From Candidatus Binatia bacterium (lineage in GTDB: Bacteria > Desulfobacterota > Binatia > Bin18), in assembly GCA_963664395.2 (NCBI GenBank), contig OY761159.2, positions 1,184,001 to 1,248,000 on the forward strand: DNA of 64,000 bases, in the 5' to 3' direction. This document shows positions 50,145 through 59,342 of this stretch, piece after piece (the stretch's first letter is position 1; the number at the start of each line of letters is the position of its first letter). Both the position numbers and the translations under genes were made by a program. Below the pieces are notes generated by a model. That model had not been told where the DNA came from and ran no database searches. It worked only from the letters and a program-made list of their open reading frames with translations.

Positions 50145-50552
50145 CTATGTGTCCGCTGCGCTCACCTTGTGCATCGAACCATCACTCAGTTCGTAATAGA
50201 CGGCAATACGCGCGCCTTCGGACAGAGGCGGCAGGCAGAACTCGGACGGGTGCGCTTCGTAGTAGAGTTGCTCAGCTTCTTCACACCGAGCAACGAAAGC
50301 CTCAAGGGCAGCCTGATAGCGGCTTTCTGAGACGTTGATCTGCCGCAACTGGAAGAGTTCGTCATCCGCCTGATGGAGCTGTTGCCAGACTGCTGGTTCA
50401 TTGTCAACGGGCCAGGCATCGATCTGAGCGAAAGGGAGGCTCAGAGGCTGGGTTGCAGCCACATACTGGAGCGTGAGGGGAGAAACCGCATGCGGTCGGT
50501 GCAACGCGGTCAAGGCAGGTCTCCCCCCTTTTCGTTGGGGGGCTGGTGCCAT
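50145..50552 (-). CDS. Hypothetical protein
   Basis: Co-oriented 135-aa ORF filling the gap between the MATE and MFS genes; RBS-like GGAG; no motif recognised. Confidence 0.5.
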   Translation of the reverse strand: MAPAPQRKGGRPALTALHRPHAVSPLTLQYVAATQPLSLPFAQIDAWPVDNEPAVWQQLHQADDELFQLRQINVSESRYQAALEAFVARCEEAEQLYYEAHPSEFCLPPLSEGARIAVYYELSDGSMHKVSAADT

Positions 50553-50628
50553 GTCTCCATTCTACGAATGAACCGAACGGCAAAACAAGACAGGCTTGGG
50601 AGTGTGGGCGGCGTGGACACGCTGCCGG

Positions 50629-51948
50629 TTACACCCGAATCCGGGTCCAGCCGCCGGCCTGCCAACTCCAGACAAACGTGACGGACTGGAGGATACGATA
50701 GGCGAGGTTGGCGATCCAAATGGCGAGCAGACCAAATCCCCATATGGATTGCATGGCAAAGGCGATGGGCAAGAAAAGGCACCACTGCATAGTCAGGGAG
50801 ATCACCATCACCCGTCGGCTGTGGCCCGCTCCGTAGTGGGCATTCATCAGGACAACGCCGAGGGCTTCAAGCGTAATGGTCGCGGCAGTGAGTTGCAGCG
50901 GCAGCCGGGCGAGCGCCAGCGTCGTCGGGTCGCGCAGGAACAGCAGCAAAAACAGGTCGGGCGCAATCAGGGCAGGCAAGGCCAGGCCGCCGACCACCAG
51001 CATAGCCAATCGGGTGACATACCAGCCCCACATCCGCGCATCCTGCGCCTTGCCCGCGCCCAGCGCTTGGCCGACAAAGGAGGCCGCGACCAGTCCGAAG
51101 CCGTTCGTCAGTAGCAGCCACAGCAGCAGCAGGTTGGATAAGACGTGCCCCGCGGCCAGTTCCGCGGTGCCGATGTTACCCAGAATCCAGAAGAACGCCA
51201 GCATGCCGGCAGCAAAGAAGACGTGCTGAATACCGGCCGGAATCGAGAGACGCAACAGCGTCAGCAGAGTAGCCCGGTCCGGCCAGCGGGCCAGAAAACC
51301 TCCGTCGCGGGCGTGGCGCAGGGCGGTGAGCAGATACGCGGCCGACCCGATATACAGCGCCACGGTGGTGCCGATACCGGCCCCAACGACGCCCAGCCGC
51401 GGCGCGCCGAGGTTGCCGAAGATCAAGACCCAATTGAGAAAGATATTGATCACGTTCATCAGAATGATGGTGCGCATATAGAACTTGGACAGATTGACCG
51501 CGTTCCAGTAACCGCGGAAGACAAAGTTGATGCCCATGGCGAGCAGGCCGACCAGACGCGCCTGAAAATAGACCGTGCCGTGGCCGATGACCGCGGCGTC
51601 CGGGCTGAGCAGGGCGAACAGGTCCGGCGCCAGGCGTATCAGCAGAATCGAGGTGGGCAGCCCGAGCAGCATGACGAGCAATAGCCCGCCGTTCAACGGC
51701 ACTGCGATTTCACCCGTGCGACCGGCCCCCAGCCAGCGGGCCGAGGTGGCCTGCACGCCGGTCGCCAGACCGATGATAAACGCGCCGCACGTAAACGTAG
51801 TGAATTGCGCCAGACCGACCGCGGCCAGCGCACCATCGCCGAGTACGCCCAGCATGGCCATGTCCACCAGGTTCATGATGTTCTGGGAGATCATGCCTCC
51901 CATAATGGGCAGGGCAAGGCTGAGCGTCCGGCGCAGGCGGGAGGTCAC
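50629..51948 (-). CDS. MATE family efflux transporter
   Basis: LALPI...Q..MNLVD.AMLG.LG..ALAAVG, N.FLNWVLIFG.LGAP.LGV.GAG; start taken as GTG 51948. Confidence 0.92.
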   Translation of the reverse strand: MTSRLRRTLSLALPIMGGMISQNIMNLVDMAMLGVLGDGALAAVGLAQFTTFTCGAFIIGLATGVQATSARWLGAGRTGEIAVPLNGGLLLVMLLGLPTSILLIRLAPDLFALLSPDAAVIGHGTVYFQARLVGLLAMGINFVFRGYWNAVNLSKFYMRTIILMNVINIFLNWVLIFGNLGAPRLGVVGAGIGTTVALYIGSAAYLLTALRHARDGGFLARWPDRATLLTLLRLSIPAGIQHVFFAAGMLAFFWILGNIGTAELAAGHVLSNLLLLWLLLTNGFGLVAASFVGQALGAGKAQDARMWGWYVTRLAMLVVGGLALPALIAPDLFLLLFLRDPTTLALARLPLQLTAATITLEALGVVLMNAHYGAGHSRRVMVISLTMQWCLFLPIAFAMQSIWGFGLLAIWIANLAYRILQSVTFVWSWQAGGWTRIRV

Positions 51949-51973
51949 GGGCGTGATGGGTCCATCCGTGGGC

Positions 51974-52252
51974 CTAACTGTTCTCAAAGCTGATTCTGAG
52001 CCGGGTGCCGGTGGCCTGCGCGACCCTTCCCAGCGTCCTGGTGGATGGGTGGACACGTCCGCCTTCGAGTCGCGCTACCACCGATTGCGTGGTCTTCATG
52101 CGCTTGGCAAGCTGCGCCTGCGTAAGCCCGGCGCTGACGCGGGCCGCAATCAGCGCGCGGGCCAATTCAAACTCCGGCTCCAGCTTGTCATAGGCGGCCC
52201 GATAGTCCGCATTCCGACTCCATTTCTTGTGTAGATTGCTCACATTGCTCAT
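51974..52252 (-). CDS. XRE-family HTH antitoxin (HigA-like)
   Basis: YD.L.PEF.LAR.LI.AR..AGLTQ.QLA.RM.TTQS.VARLE.G...PS; ATGA overlap with the toxin stop. Confidence 0.9.
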   Translation of the reverse strand: MSNVSNLHKKWSRNADYRAAYDKLEPEFELARALIAARVSAGLTQAQLAKRMKTTQSVVARLEGGRVHPSTRTLGRVAQATGTRLRISFENS

Positions 52253-52581
52253 TGCAGCACCTCCCTGGCGCGTCTCAAGGCCAAGTCAATTTCCTGGCGG
52301 GGCGTCTGCCGTGTCTTTTTCATAAAGACCCGCACCACCACGACGCGTTTACCCCGAACGGTGACATACAGCGCTCGCGATATCCCGTCCCCGCCCTTCA
52401 TTCGCATTTCCCACAGCGGACCGGTCAAATGCCTGATATACGGCGCACCAACGCGGTCCAATCCAACCGCTTCGATCAACTCACAGATACGAACAAACCG
52501 CGCGCGCATATCGATGGGCAAAGCGGCGACTTCCTTGTCCACGGCCGTATTCAGGGTCTCAATGGTCCAGTTTACGGGCAA
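52249..52581 (-). CDS. RelE/ParE (HigB, Gp49-like) toxin
   Basis: LP..MRARF, P.IRHL.GPLWEMR..G..GISRALY, VV..VF.KKT.QTP..EI.LA..RA; start codon uncertain. Confidence 0.88.
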   Translation of the reverse strand: MPVNWTIETLNTAVDKEVAALPIDMRARFVRICELIEAVGLDRVGAPYIRHLTGPLWEMRMKGGDGISRALYVTVRGKRVVVVRVFMKKTRQTPRQEIDLALRRAREVLQ

Positions 52582-52584
52582 CGG

Positions 52585-52613
52585 AGTATCGCACATTTGA
52601 TATATGCTGACAA
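52585..52613 (-). promoter_or_regulatory. Sigma70-type promoter of the TA operon, with a palindromic spacer
   Basis: Minus strand TTGTCA-17 nt-GATACT; spacer GCATAT-ATCAA-ATGTGC is an imperfect inverted repeat (candidate antitoxin operator). Confidence 0.6.
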
Positions 52614-52720
52614 ATTGACCCGGGGGCGAGTCATGCCGCCCATGATGGGCAGGGCAAGGCTGAGCGGCCGGCGCAAGCGGAAGGTCACGGGAGTGACATA
52701 GGCGAAAAACCGTCAGGATT

Positions 52721-53791
52721 TTATCTTTCCGACGGACGGAATTGCATGTTGGCTTGTGGGAAATGGGTTTGCAAAGCCCGCATTGCTCCTATCCATATTT
52801 CTTTGTGCCATACATTCGCTCTGAGCGCATATGTCCGCCCATCGGAGTGCAAAAGCTCGTCACTCCCGGCAAACCAATATCCAGAATTAAAGCCTCTCCC
52901 AGACTCTACACCTTGTCGCTCTGCCGATTCGATGAACTCCTGCTGATTATTGAAATTCCCCTCTACGGATACAAACATGCTCTCGTAGGAGATTCCGGTT
53001 ACTTTGCTTGCGATTTTTTGAGGTGAAGAATCACCCGATTGAAGAAGTGTCTGAATCACTTGAAGAAGCGCTCTCCTCTTCGGCAAATTCTTATATTCCC
53101 GTCCCAGGACAGCAACATCATAACGGGTCGTATCTGGGCCAGCGATTCGGGTCTGCCTCTCTCGTTGGGCTTTCTCTTTCAATTGAGATTGAAACTCCTT
53201 TACCTCTGGCAGCGGAATAACCTGTTGAACATCCAGGAACACTCGCTCACCATCGGAATATGGTTGAAGACGAATGCACCGAATATCGAGGTCACGCTGA
53301 TTCAGCCACATGACCGCTGTCGTGAGTTCCTTGGAAAAGTCGGCAGATGCCAGTATCACTCGAACGTCTTGGGCAAAACGCTCCTCACCCGGCTCATCGA
53401 GGAATTCGAGCAGACTGCTCTCAGGGTCATCGTCGCGTCCCATTTTCTGGAGAAAATCACGGTAGTAGCCCACCGCTTTATCGAACGTCATGGTTGAGAC
53501 CATGGCGGCATATCGGAGCGCTTGCAGTTCCATATGTCCGCCGCTCTCGGTCCGCTTTAACTCGATCACAACCAGGTTTGCATTTTTGTCAACAGCAAGC
53601 AGGTCTATACGCCGTTTCGACTCCTCCCAATCGCCAAACTCTTCACTGATGACCAGCAGGTTAGGGTCAAGCACCTCGATTTGATCTCGAATGAGGGGCT
53701 GTAAATCGGTCCGTTCTCGGAGTCCTTGGCTGACAAAGTCCGTGCGTCTAAGCTCTTTCAGCGAGTTAGGCGTCACTTCGAAAATAGACAT
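52721..53791 (-). CDS. PD-(D/E)xK nuclease-domain protein (NucS/DUF91-like N-terminus)
   Basis: ERTDLQ, EEF..W..S.RRIDLLAVD....LVVIELKR, QALRYA; visibly more AT-rich, with an unrecognised C-terminal region. Confidence 0.8.
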   Translation of the reverse strand: MSIFEVTPNSLKELRRTDFVSQGLRERTDLQPLIRDQIEVLDPNLLVISEEFGDWEESKRRIDLLAVDKNANLVVIELKRTESGGHMELQALRYAAMVSTMTFDKAVGYYRDFLQKMGRDDDPESSLLEFLDEPGEERFAQDVRVILASADFSKELTTAVMWLNQRDLDIRCIRLQPYSDGERVFLDVQQVIPLPEVKEFQSQLKEKAQRERQTRIAGPDTTRYDVAVLGREYKNLPKRRALLQVIQTLLQSGDSSPQKIASKVTGISYESMFVSVEGNFNNQQEFIESAERQGVESGRGFNSGYWFAGSDELLHSDGRTYALRANVWHKEIWIGAMRALQTHFPQANMQFRPSER

Positions 53792-53812
53792 GAAATTTTG
53801 ATCCGTTCTTCT

Positions 53813-54064
53813 CTAAGTCCCTCGCTCAGCTTTCAAGGGGAATTTTTCAGGCTGTTCAATCGTCTGCAAGCCGAGGTCCACATCCAAATCGGGCCAATAG
53901 AAATGCCCCGGCGTTGGCTCTTCCACGTTGACTATCTGGCTAATGGATACGTCCCGAAACCACGGAAAATCCTCGTAGGACAGAAACAACTCCCGGTCAC
54001 CCGCCAAGAGCCAAATCCCATTCCCGGAGATGTTGGTGACTTCAACCGCAGCCGGGAGGGTCAT
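53813..54064 (-). CDS. DUF2442 family protein (putative antitoxin)
   Basis: [12 protein letters not shown]....[20 protein letters not shown]....IE.PEKFPL. Confidence 0.85.
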   Translation of the reverse strand: MTLPAAVEVTNISGNGIWLLAGDRELFLSYEDFPWFRDVSISQIVNVEEPTPGHFYWPDLDVDLGLQTIEQPEKFPLKAERGT

Positions 54065-54372
54065 GCTACATGCCTCACGGTTGACGCCGGCTGAATGCAA
54101 GCAATCAGACTTTCCCTTTTCCTGGCTAGGGCGTGAAAGTCACATTCGACCTGGAGGCCGTGCCAAAACTCGTCGGACTGACCGAAGAATGCGCCAAAGC
54201 GTATGGACATCGCCGGCGTAATGGAGCGTTTACTGTGAACGATTTCATTGATCGCCCGTGGGGCAACCCCGATCTCGCGGGCCATGGCATTTTGCGAAAT
54301 GTCCATTGGCTTGAGGTATTCTTCCAGAAGAATTTCGCCGGGCGTGATAGGGTTCTGCATTTTACCGCTCAT
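54061..54372 (-). CDS. higA: HigA/VapI family antitoxin
   Basis: [26 protein letters not shown]...KR.IT..M..R....FG.S.EFW..LQ; RBS GAGGAG. Confidence 0.92.
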   Translation of the reverse strand: MSGKMQNPITPGEILLEEYLKPMDISQNAMAREIGVAPRAINEIVHSKRSITPAMSIRFGAFFGQSDEFWHGLQVECDFHALARKRESLIACIQPASTVRHVA

Positions 54373-54406
54373 CGGCTCCTCATCTATTGCTTCCTCACTG
54401 GTGCTC

Positions 54407-54455
54407 GGGGAAACCCACCCCGCCGCTACGCGGCACCCCTCCGAGGAGGGGATTT
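54407..54455. repeat. REP-like element, copy 1
   Basis: GGGGAAACCCACCCCGCCGCTACGCGGCACCCCTCCGAGGAGGGGATTT; second copy at 55282-55330. Confidence 0.8.
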
Positions 54456-54494
54456 GTTGCAGTGCTGATGCCGGGCGCTGCTGAATTCAGTCCC

Positions 54495-55250
54495 CTACCC
54501 TCGCCCAATAAACGGCATTTTGGTTGCCATGACGGTCATGAATTGTACGTTGGCGTCGAGCGGCAGGTTGGCCATGTATACGACCGCCTGGGCGACGTGT
54601 TCGACATCGAAGGTCGGCTCGACTTCGATTGAGCCGTTCGGTTGCGGCACGCCGCGTTGCATGACTGCGGTCATGTCGGTCCCGGCGTTGCCGATGTCGA
54701 TCTGGCCACAGGCAATGTCGTATTTGCGCCCGTCGAGTGATGTTGATCTGGTCAGGCCGGTCATGGCGTGCTTGGTCGAGGTGTAGGGCGCGGAATTGGG
54801 CCGCGGCACATGGGCCGAGATGGAGCCGTTGTTTATGATACGTCCCCCGCGTGGGTCCTGGTCTTTCATGATCTTGAACGCTTCTTGGGTGCAGATAAAC
54901 GCGCCGGTCAGATTGACGTCTACAACGGCTTTCCACTGTTCATACGACAGTTCTTCCAGGGGGACGGGCGGGGCTCCGATTCCAGCGTTGTTAAACAACA
55001 CGTCGAGCCGGCCAAAGGTCGCTTGGGTTGTGGCAAACAGGGTGCGAATAGAGTCCGGATCGCTGACATCGGTCGGCACGATGAGCGTCTGCGCCTCACT
55101 CCCGGCCTCTTTTGCCGTTGCTTCCAAGAGTTCGGCTCGGCGGCCGGCTAAGACAACGGCGTAGCCCTCCTGGAGAAGCGCAAGGGCACTCGCTTTCCCA
55201 ACGCCGGTTCCCGCTCCTGTGATGATGGCGACCTTAGTCTGTGTACTCAT
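54495..55250 (-). CDS. Short-chain dehydrogenase/reductase
   Basis: [24 protein letters not shown]. Confidence 0.95.
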   Translation of the reverse strand: MSTQTKVAIITGAGTGVGKASALALLQEGYAVVLAGRRAELLEATAKEAGSEAQTLIVPTDVSDPDSIRTLFATTQATFGRLDVLFNNAGIGAPPVPLEELSYEQWKAVVDVNLTGAFICTQEAFKIMKDQDPRGGRIINNGSISAHVPRPNSAPYTSTKHAMTGLTRSTSLDGRKYDIACGQIDIGNAGTDMTAVMQRGVPQPNGSIEVEPTFDVEHVAQAVVYMANLPLDANVQFMTVMATKMPFIGRG

Positions 55251-55281
55251 GGGTGTGCTCTCCTTTGCGTGTGGGCCGGAG

Positions 55282-55330
55282 GGGGAAACCCACCCCGGCC
55301 CTTTGGGCCACCCCTCCCGAGAGGGGATTT
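55282..55330. repeat. REP-like element, copy 2
   Basis: GGGGAAACCCACCCCGGCCCTTTGGGCCACCCCTCCCGAGAGGGGATTT. Confidence 0.8.
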
Positions 55331-55342
55331 GAGAAAGGGCAT

Positions 55343-56359
55343 TTACCTTGAAAAGGATTCGAGTATTTTGTCCCGATAGTGGTCGCGTTGTTCTTGGGTT
55401 GTGCCGGTGTTGGGAACGGCCAGAATGGTCGTGTCGAGGAGTCCTTCGCGCTCGTTCAGCTTTGCGCGGACGCGGTCAATCGGACCGACCGCGCAGAAGG
55501 CATCGACCATTTCACTCGGAATGAGATCAAAGCCCTTGTCTTTGTCGGGCGTATTCTGCAGCGCTCTGACCTTTTCAACCGTGTCGGTAAAGCCATGCGC
55601 GGCAAAGATATCATCGTAAATCCGGGCCCAGATACTGAACAGCATGGCCCCTGCGCCGACCCGCTGGGCGGTTGCCAGATCGTCGTCAATGACCACAAAG
55701 CATTGGCCCAGGACCTCGACATCGGAGCGGCTGCGACCTGCCCGGTCGAGCCCGGTTTTGAGCGGCGGCAGAATATTCTCGCGGACATGTTGCGGCGAGA
55801 ACATCGGATTCCCGATGAGGCCGTCACCCAGCTCACCCGTCAGGGCGGCCATACGCGGTTTGACCGCGGCAACATAGAGAGGCACCCGTGGCCGGGGCTT
55901 CGGATTAGGGCGCGGGAAGAAATTACGGGCGCGGATATTGTAGAACTTGCCTTCGTAGTTCACCTCGCCACCAGCCTCGGCTTTGTCCATAATGAGCTGC
56001 AGGACCTCGATATACTCCCGCATTTGACTGACCGGTTTGCCGGCGTCTCGTCCGGCGTACCAGTTGTTATTGCGGTGTTGGTGGGCGACTCCCAGGCCGA
56101 GCGTGAACCGGCCCTGACTCAACAGGTCAAGGTCCAACGCCTGAAAGGCGAGCATCACCGGACTATGATTAAAGGCCAGCACCACGCCCGCGCCGATTTT
56201 GATGGTCTGAATATTGGGCGCGATGCTGGCCAGGGGAATGAGCGCGGAATTGGTCAACTCGGCTTGCCAGAGTGAATCAAAGCCGGCGGCTTCGTATTTT
56301 TTCACCCAGCCGACCATTTCGTCGTGGGCGGCGGCGGCGAGAAACATGGAGTATTTCAT
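55343..56359 (-). CDS. LLM-class flavin-dependent oxidoreductase
   Basis: [48 protein letters not shown]. Confidence 0.9.
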   Translation of the reverse strand: MKYSMFLAAAAHDEMVGWVKKYEAAGFDSLWQAELTNSALIPLASIAPNIQTIKIGAGVVLAFNHSPVMLAFQALDLDLLSQGRFTLGLGVAHQHRNNNWYAGRDAGKPVSQMREYIEVLQLIMDKAEAGGEVNYEGKFYNIRARNFFPRPNPKPRPRVPLYVAAVKPRMAALTGELGDGLIGNPMFSPQHVRENILPPLKTGLDRAGRSRSDVEVLGQCFVVIDDDLATAQRVGAGAMLFSIWARIYDDIFAAHGFTDTVEKVRALQNTPDKDKGFDLIPSEMVDAFCAVGPIDRVRAKLNEREGLLDTTILAVPNTGTTQEQRDHYRDKILESFSR

Positions 56360-56384
56360 GCGTGAATTCCTTCCATAAAAAGAC

Positions 56385-56408
56385 AGGGGCGCAGCGTGCT
56401 GCGCCCCT
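56385..56408. repeat. REP-like palindrome (GTAG-family-like)
   Basis: AGGGGCGCAGC-GT-GCTGCGCCCCT. Confidence 0.7.
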
Positions 56409-56439
56409 CCACAAAAACAAACAACAGAACGACGGATGA

Positions 56440-57096
56440 CTACGCCGACGGTTCGTGCTGTCCCCACTTGTCAAAGTGGGTCACTTCGGATGCGGGCCGG
56501 CGGCTGACCGGTCCGAATTTTCCCGAAGGAAAACCGATCGGAATGGTTGCCACCACGCCATATTCGAGCGGAATGCCCACGCGCTCTTGCAGTTCGTCCT
56601 CAAACATCTGGTGCATGGTCGTCAGGCTCGCCCCAAGGCCAAGGGCGCGACAGGCCAGCAGAATGTTCTGCACGCAGGGATAGATGGAGCCGTAGGAGGG
56701 CGGGGCTTTGCCTTCGCGTTTTTCCGCGGGCACGGAAAACGGCCAATCCCGTTTGCCGCAGATGAGAAGTAAAACCGGGGCTTCGTGCATGTGTTCGGCC
56801 AAGTGCATCGCCGCCCGAGCGGTCTTGGCAAAGGAGGAGGTATCGCCTTCCTTTGGCCTGAGCGCATTACCAAAACGGTCCAGCATGGCCTGGTGGTAAC
56901 GTTCCTGGAAAAACTTCTTGTTGGTCGGCTCTTGGAGCACCACAAACGCCCAGGCCTGGAGGTTCTGGCCGCTGGGGGCACGGATGCCGGCTTCAAGGAT
57001 TTTCCGAATCATCTCTGGCGGGACCGGGTCGGGTTTGAGCCGGCGCATTGCCCGCATTGAGTGCATGGTTTCAAACACACCAAGTTCTTCAGCCAT
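56440..57096 (-). CDS. Nitroreductase family protein
   Basis: RAMRR.KPDPVP, APSGQN.Q.W.FVV, SIYPCVQNILLACRALGLGA, IPIGFP. Confidence 0.92.
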   Translation of the reverse strand: MAEELGVFETMHSMRAMRRLKPDPVPPEMIRKILEAGIRAPSGQNLQAWAFVVLQEPTNKKFFQERYHQAMLDRFGNALRPKEGDTSSFAKTARAAMHLAEHMHEAPVLLLICGKRDWPFSVPAEKREGKAPPSYGSIYPCVQNILLACRALGLGASLTTMHQMFEDELQERVGIPLEYGVVATIPIGFPSGKFGPVSRRPASEVTHFDKWGQHEPSA

Positions 57097-57124
57097 CTTG
57101 TTTCTCCTTTTCGGTTCGGGGACG

Positions 57125-58270
57125 TTACGCGCCCTTTAATAAGTGTTTGGCAATGACCACGCGCTGAATCTGCGACGTGCCTTCATAAATCTGCAACAGC
57201 TTGGCGTCACGCATCAGCTTTTCCACCGGATACTCGCTGAAATAGCCGTACCCGCCGAAAATCTGCACGGCGTTGGTGGTTATCTGCATGGTCCGGTCCG
57301 CGCCAAACGCCTTGGCGTAACTGGAAACAATAGACGACGCTGCACCCTGGTCGAGCAGCCAGGCTGCTTTATAGGTCAGTAATCGCATGGCTTCGAGCTC
57401 AATCGCCATATCGGCCAGCATGAACTGGATGGCCTGGAAATTGGCAATGGCTTGGCCAAAGGCTTCACGCTGCCGGGCGTATTTGACCGATTCATCCAAT
57501 GCGCGTTGGGATATCCCAATGGCAAAGGCACCGACTTCGGGCCGGCTGCGGTCAAACGTTCGCATAGCGACTTTGAACCCCTGGCCTTCCGCACCGACCA
57601 GGCCTGCGCGCGGAACTTTGACATCCTCAAAAACAATCTCCGCCGTGTCTGACGCACGCTGGCCCATTTTGTCGTGCATCCGGTTGGCCGTCACGCCAGG
57701 TGAATCAGCCGGGAGAACAAAGCACGCCACCGCGCCATGTCCCCGGCTTTTATCCTCAGTCGCAAAGGTCACATACCAACGCGCTACCGAGCCGTTGGAA
57801 ATAAAGTGTTTGGTTCCGTTGAGGACAAAATCATCGCCGACCTTGCGGTAGGTTGTTGAGATAGCTGCGGCATCAGAGCCGGCGCCCGGCTCAGTCAGAG
57901 CGAAAGCAGCGTAGACCGGCTCGGAGACGAGCTGCCCGAGGTATTCTTTTTTCTGCTCATCGCTCCCGGCCACCAGCAAAGGCGTGGCCGCCAGATTATT
58001 GGCCACCATATTGAGCGCCATACCGGCACAGCCGTAGACGATTTCTTCATCGATCAGGCAGGTATCAAATACCTCCAGCCCCAGGCCGCCGTATTCGGTT
58101 GGCACGAGCGGATTGAGGATACCCAGTTTCCAGGCCTTGCGGCAGACATCGTCGGGGAAGGTCTGCTCTTTGTCATACTTTGCCGCAACCGGAATCATTT
58201 CCTCAACGGCAAACTTGTGGACCGTATCTTTGAGTTGTTGTTGTTCCGGGGTCAGTTCAAAGCCGTACAC
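57125..58270 (-). CDS. Acyl-CoA dehydrogenase
   Basis: FALTEPGAGSD, NGTKHFISNG, KMGQRASDT, QIFGGYGY..EYPVEK.MRDAK..QIYEGTSQIQR. Confidence 0.96.
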   Translation of the reverse strand: MYGFELTPEQQQLKDTVHKFAVEEMIPVAAKYDKEQTFPDDVCRKAWKLGILNPLVPTEYGGLGLEVFDTCLIDEEIVYGCAGMALNMVANNLAATPLLVAGSDEQKKEYLGQLVSEPVYAAFALTEPGAGSDAAAISTTYRKVGDDFVLNGTKHFISNGSVARWYVTFATEDKSRGHGAVACFVLPADSPGVTANRMHDKMGQRASDTAEIVFEDVKVPRAGLVGAEGQGFKVAMRTFDRSRPEVGAFAIGISQRALDESVKYARQREAFGQAIANFQAIQFMLADMAIELEAMRLLTYKAAWLLDQGAASSIVSSYAKAFGADRTMQITTNAVQIFGGYGYFSEYPVEKLMRDAKLLQIYEGTSQIQRVVIAKHLLKGA

Positions 58271-58319
58271 GATGGGCTCTCCTTCCTCTCTGTGAATGAT
58301 CGACGCACGCTAGCACGCA

Positions 58320-59312
58320 TTATTGTAACCAGGGTAAACAACCGGCCTCCTCCAGAATGGAATCTAACGCCGCTTTCTCTTCGACTTTGGCGTACCGTTC
58401 CCGCAGAACGCGAAACGACCGGGCATGGTATTTCTGCGTCCCCTGCGAGTACTCCGTGCTACGCAGCATGACCGAAAACGTCTCTTGACCGGCAGCGAGG
58501 GCCTGGGCGTTGGCCGCCGTCCAGGGTAAAAAGGTCTGGCCGATTTCCTGGAGTACGGGCTTCAGCGTTGGGGCCAGGTCGTCCCAGGTCTCCAGCGCGC
58601 CCTCAGCCTTGGGGTCCAGCATCTGCACCGCCCAGGACAAGACGTTCGGGGCAACCGCCCGCATCATCGTGCCAGCCGAGGGATCGGTGGAACATTGGTG
58701 CAGTTGAGCGGCAAGGCCAAAATCGCCAAACGTGGGCCGGCCACCGAACAGATACATACGTTGACTGAGGTGCGGTTCGAGCAGTGACAACAGACGATCG
58801 AAGGAAGACTCAATATGCTCCCGGGTCTGCTCGCTTGAGCCGACAAAGGACAAACGCGGGACCATGCGGGTACGAATTTGCTCAGTCGCCGCCGCATATT
58901 CTGCCTCACCCAGCCCAGGCCGGGTCAAGCGCGCGATGCGTTCGGCAGTTGATTTTTGGTCAGGCGCATACGTCCAGCGATAGTGGAACATCTGCTTATT
59001 GCCCCACTCGTCGCCATACTCTTCAATCAAGGCAGACAGGAAGGCCAAGGTCGGATCACTCGGGTGAATAGACGGCTCGGGCTGGAGTCCCTCAAAATGC
59101 TCCAGAATGGGCGTGGAGTCCTGCATGCCCTTCCCGTCCGGCGTGACGACAAGCGGAACGAGAGGCAGCTTGGCGTAGCGCGCGAATTCTTCCTGATTGG
59201 TGGAATCCCGCGCAATCCATTCGTGCGGAATACTCTTATACCGAAAATAGGCCCGGACTTTTAACGAGTACGGCGACAGCTCAACACCAAAGAGACGATA
59301 GGGTTGGGACAT
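58320..59312 (-). CDS. Glutathione S-transferase family protein
   Basis: SPYSLKVR, LPLVP, QDSTPI, IEEYGDEW, YLFGGRP..GDF. Confidence 0.88.
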   Translation of the reverse strand: MSQPYRLFGVELSPYSLKVRAYFRYKSIPHEWIARDSTNQEEFARYAKLPLVPLVVTPDGKGMQDSTPILEHFEGLQPEPSIHPSDPTLAFLSALIEEYGDEWGNKQMFHYRWTYAPDQKSTAERIARLTRPGLGEAEYAAATEQIRTRMVPRLSFVGSSEQTREHIESSFDRLLSLLEPHLSQRMYLFGGRPTFGDFGLAAQLHQCSTDPSAGTMMRAVAPNVLSWAVQMLDPKAEGALETWDDLAPTLKPVLQEIGQTFLPWTAANAQALAAGQETFSVMLRSTEYSQGTQKYHARSFRVLRERYAKVEEKAALDSILEEAGCLPWLQ

Positions 59313-59342
59313 AACAACACTCCTCACCTGATTGGGACGCGT

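Larger units (their letters stand above)
51891..52696. repeat. 66-bp imperfect direct repeat (51891-51956 and 52631-52696) flanking a TA module
   Basis: TCATGCC(T/G)CCCAT(A/G)ATGGGCAGGGCAAGGCTGAGCG(T/G)CCGGCGCA(G/A)GCGG(G/A)AGGTCACGGG(C/A)GTGA; 60/66 identical by manual alignment. Confidence 0.9.

Noticed and set aside
51974-54372. Prophage, IS or integron
   Set aside because: No integrase, transposase, phage structural gene or recognisable attC site was found in or near the cluster.
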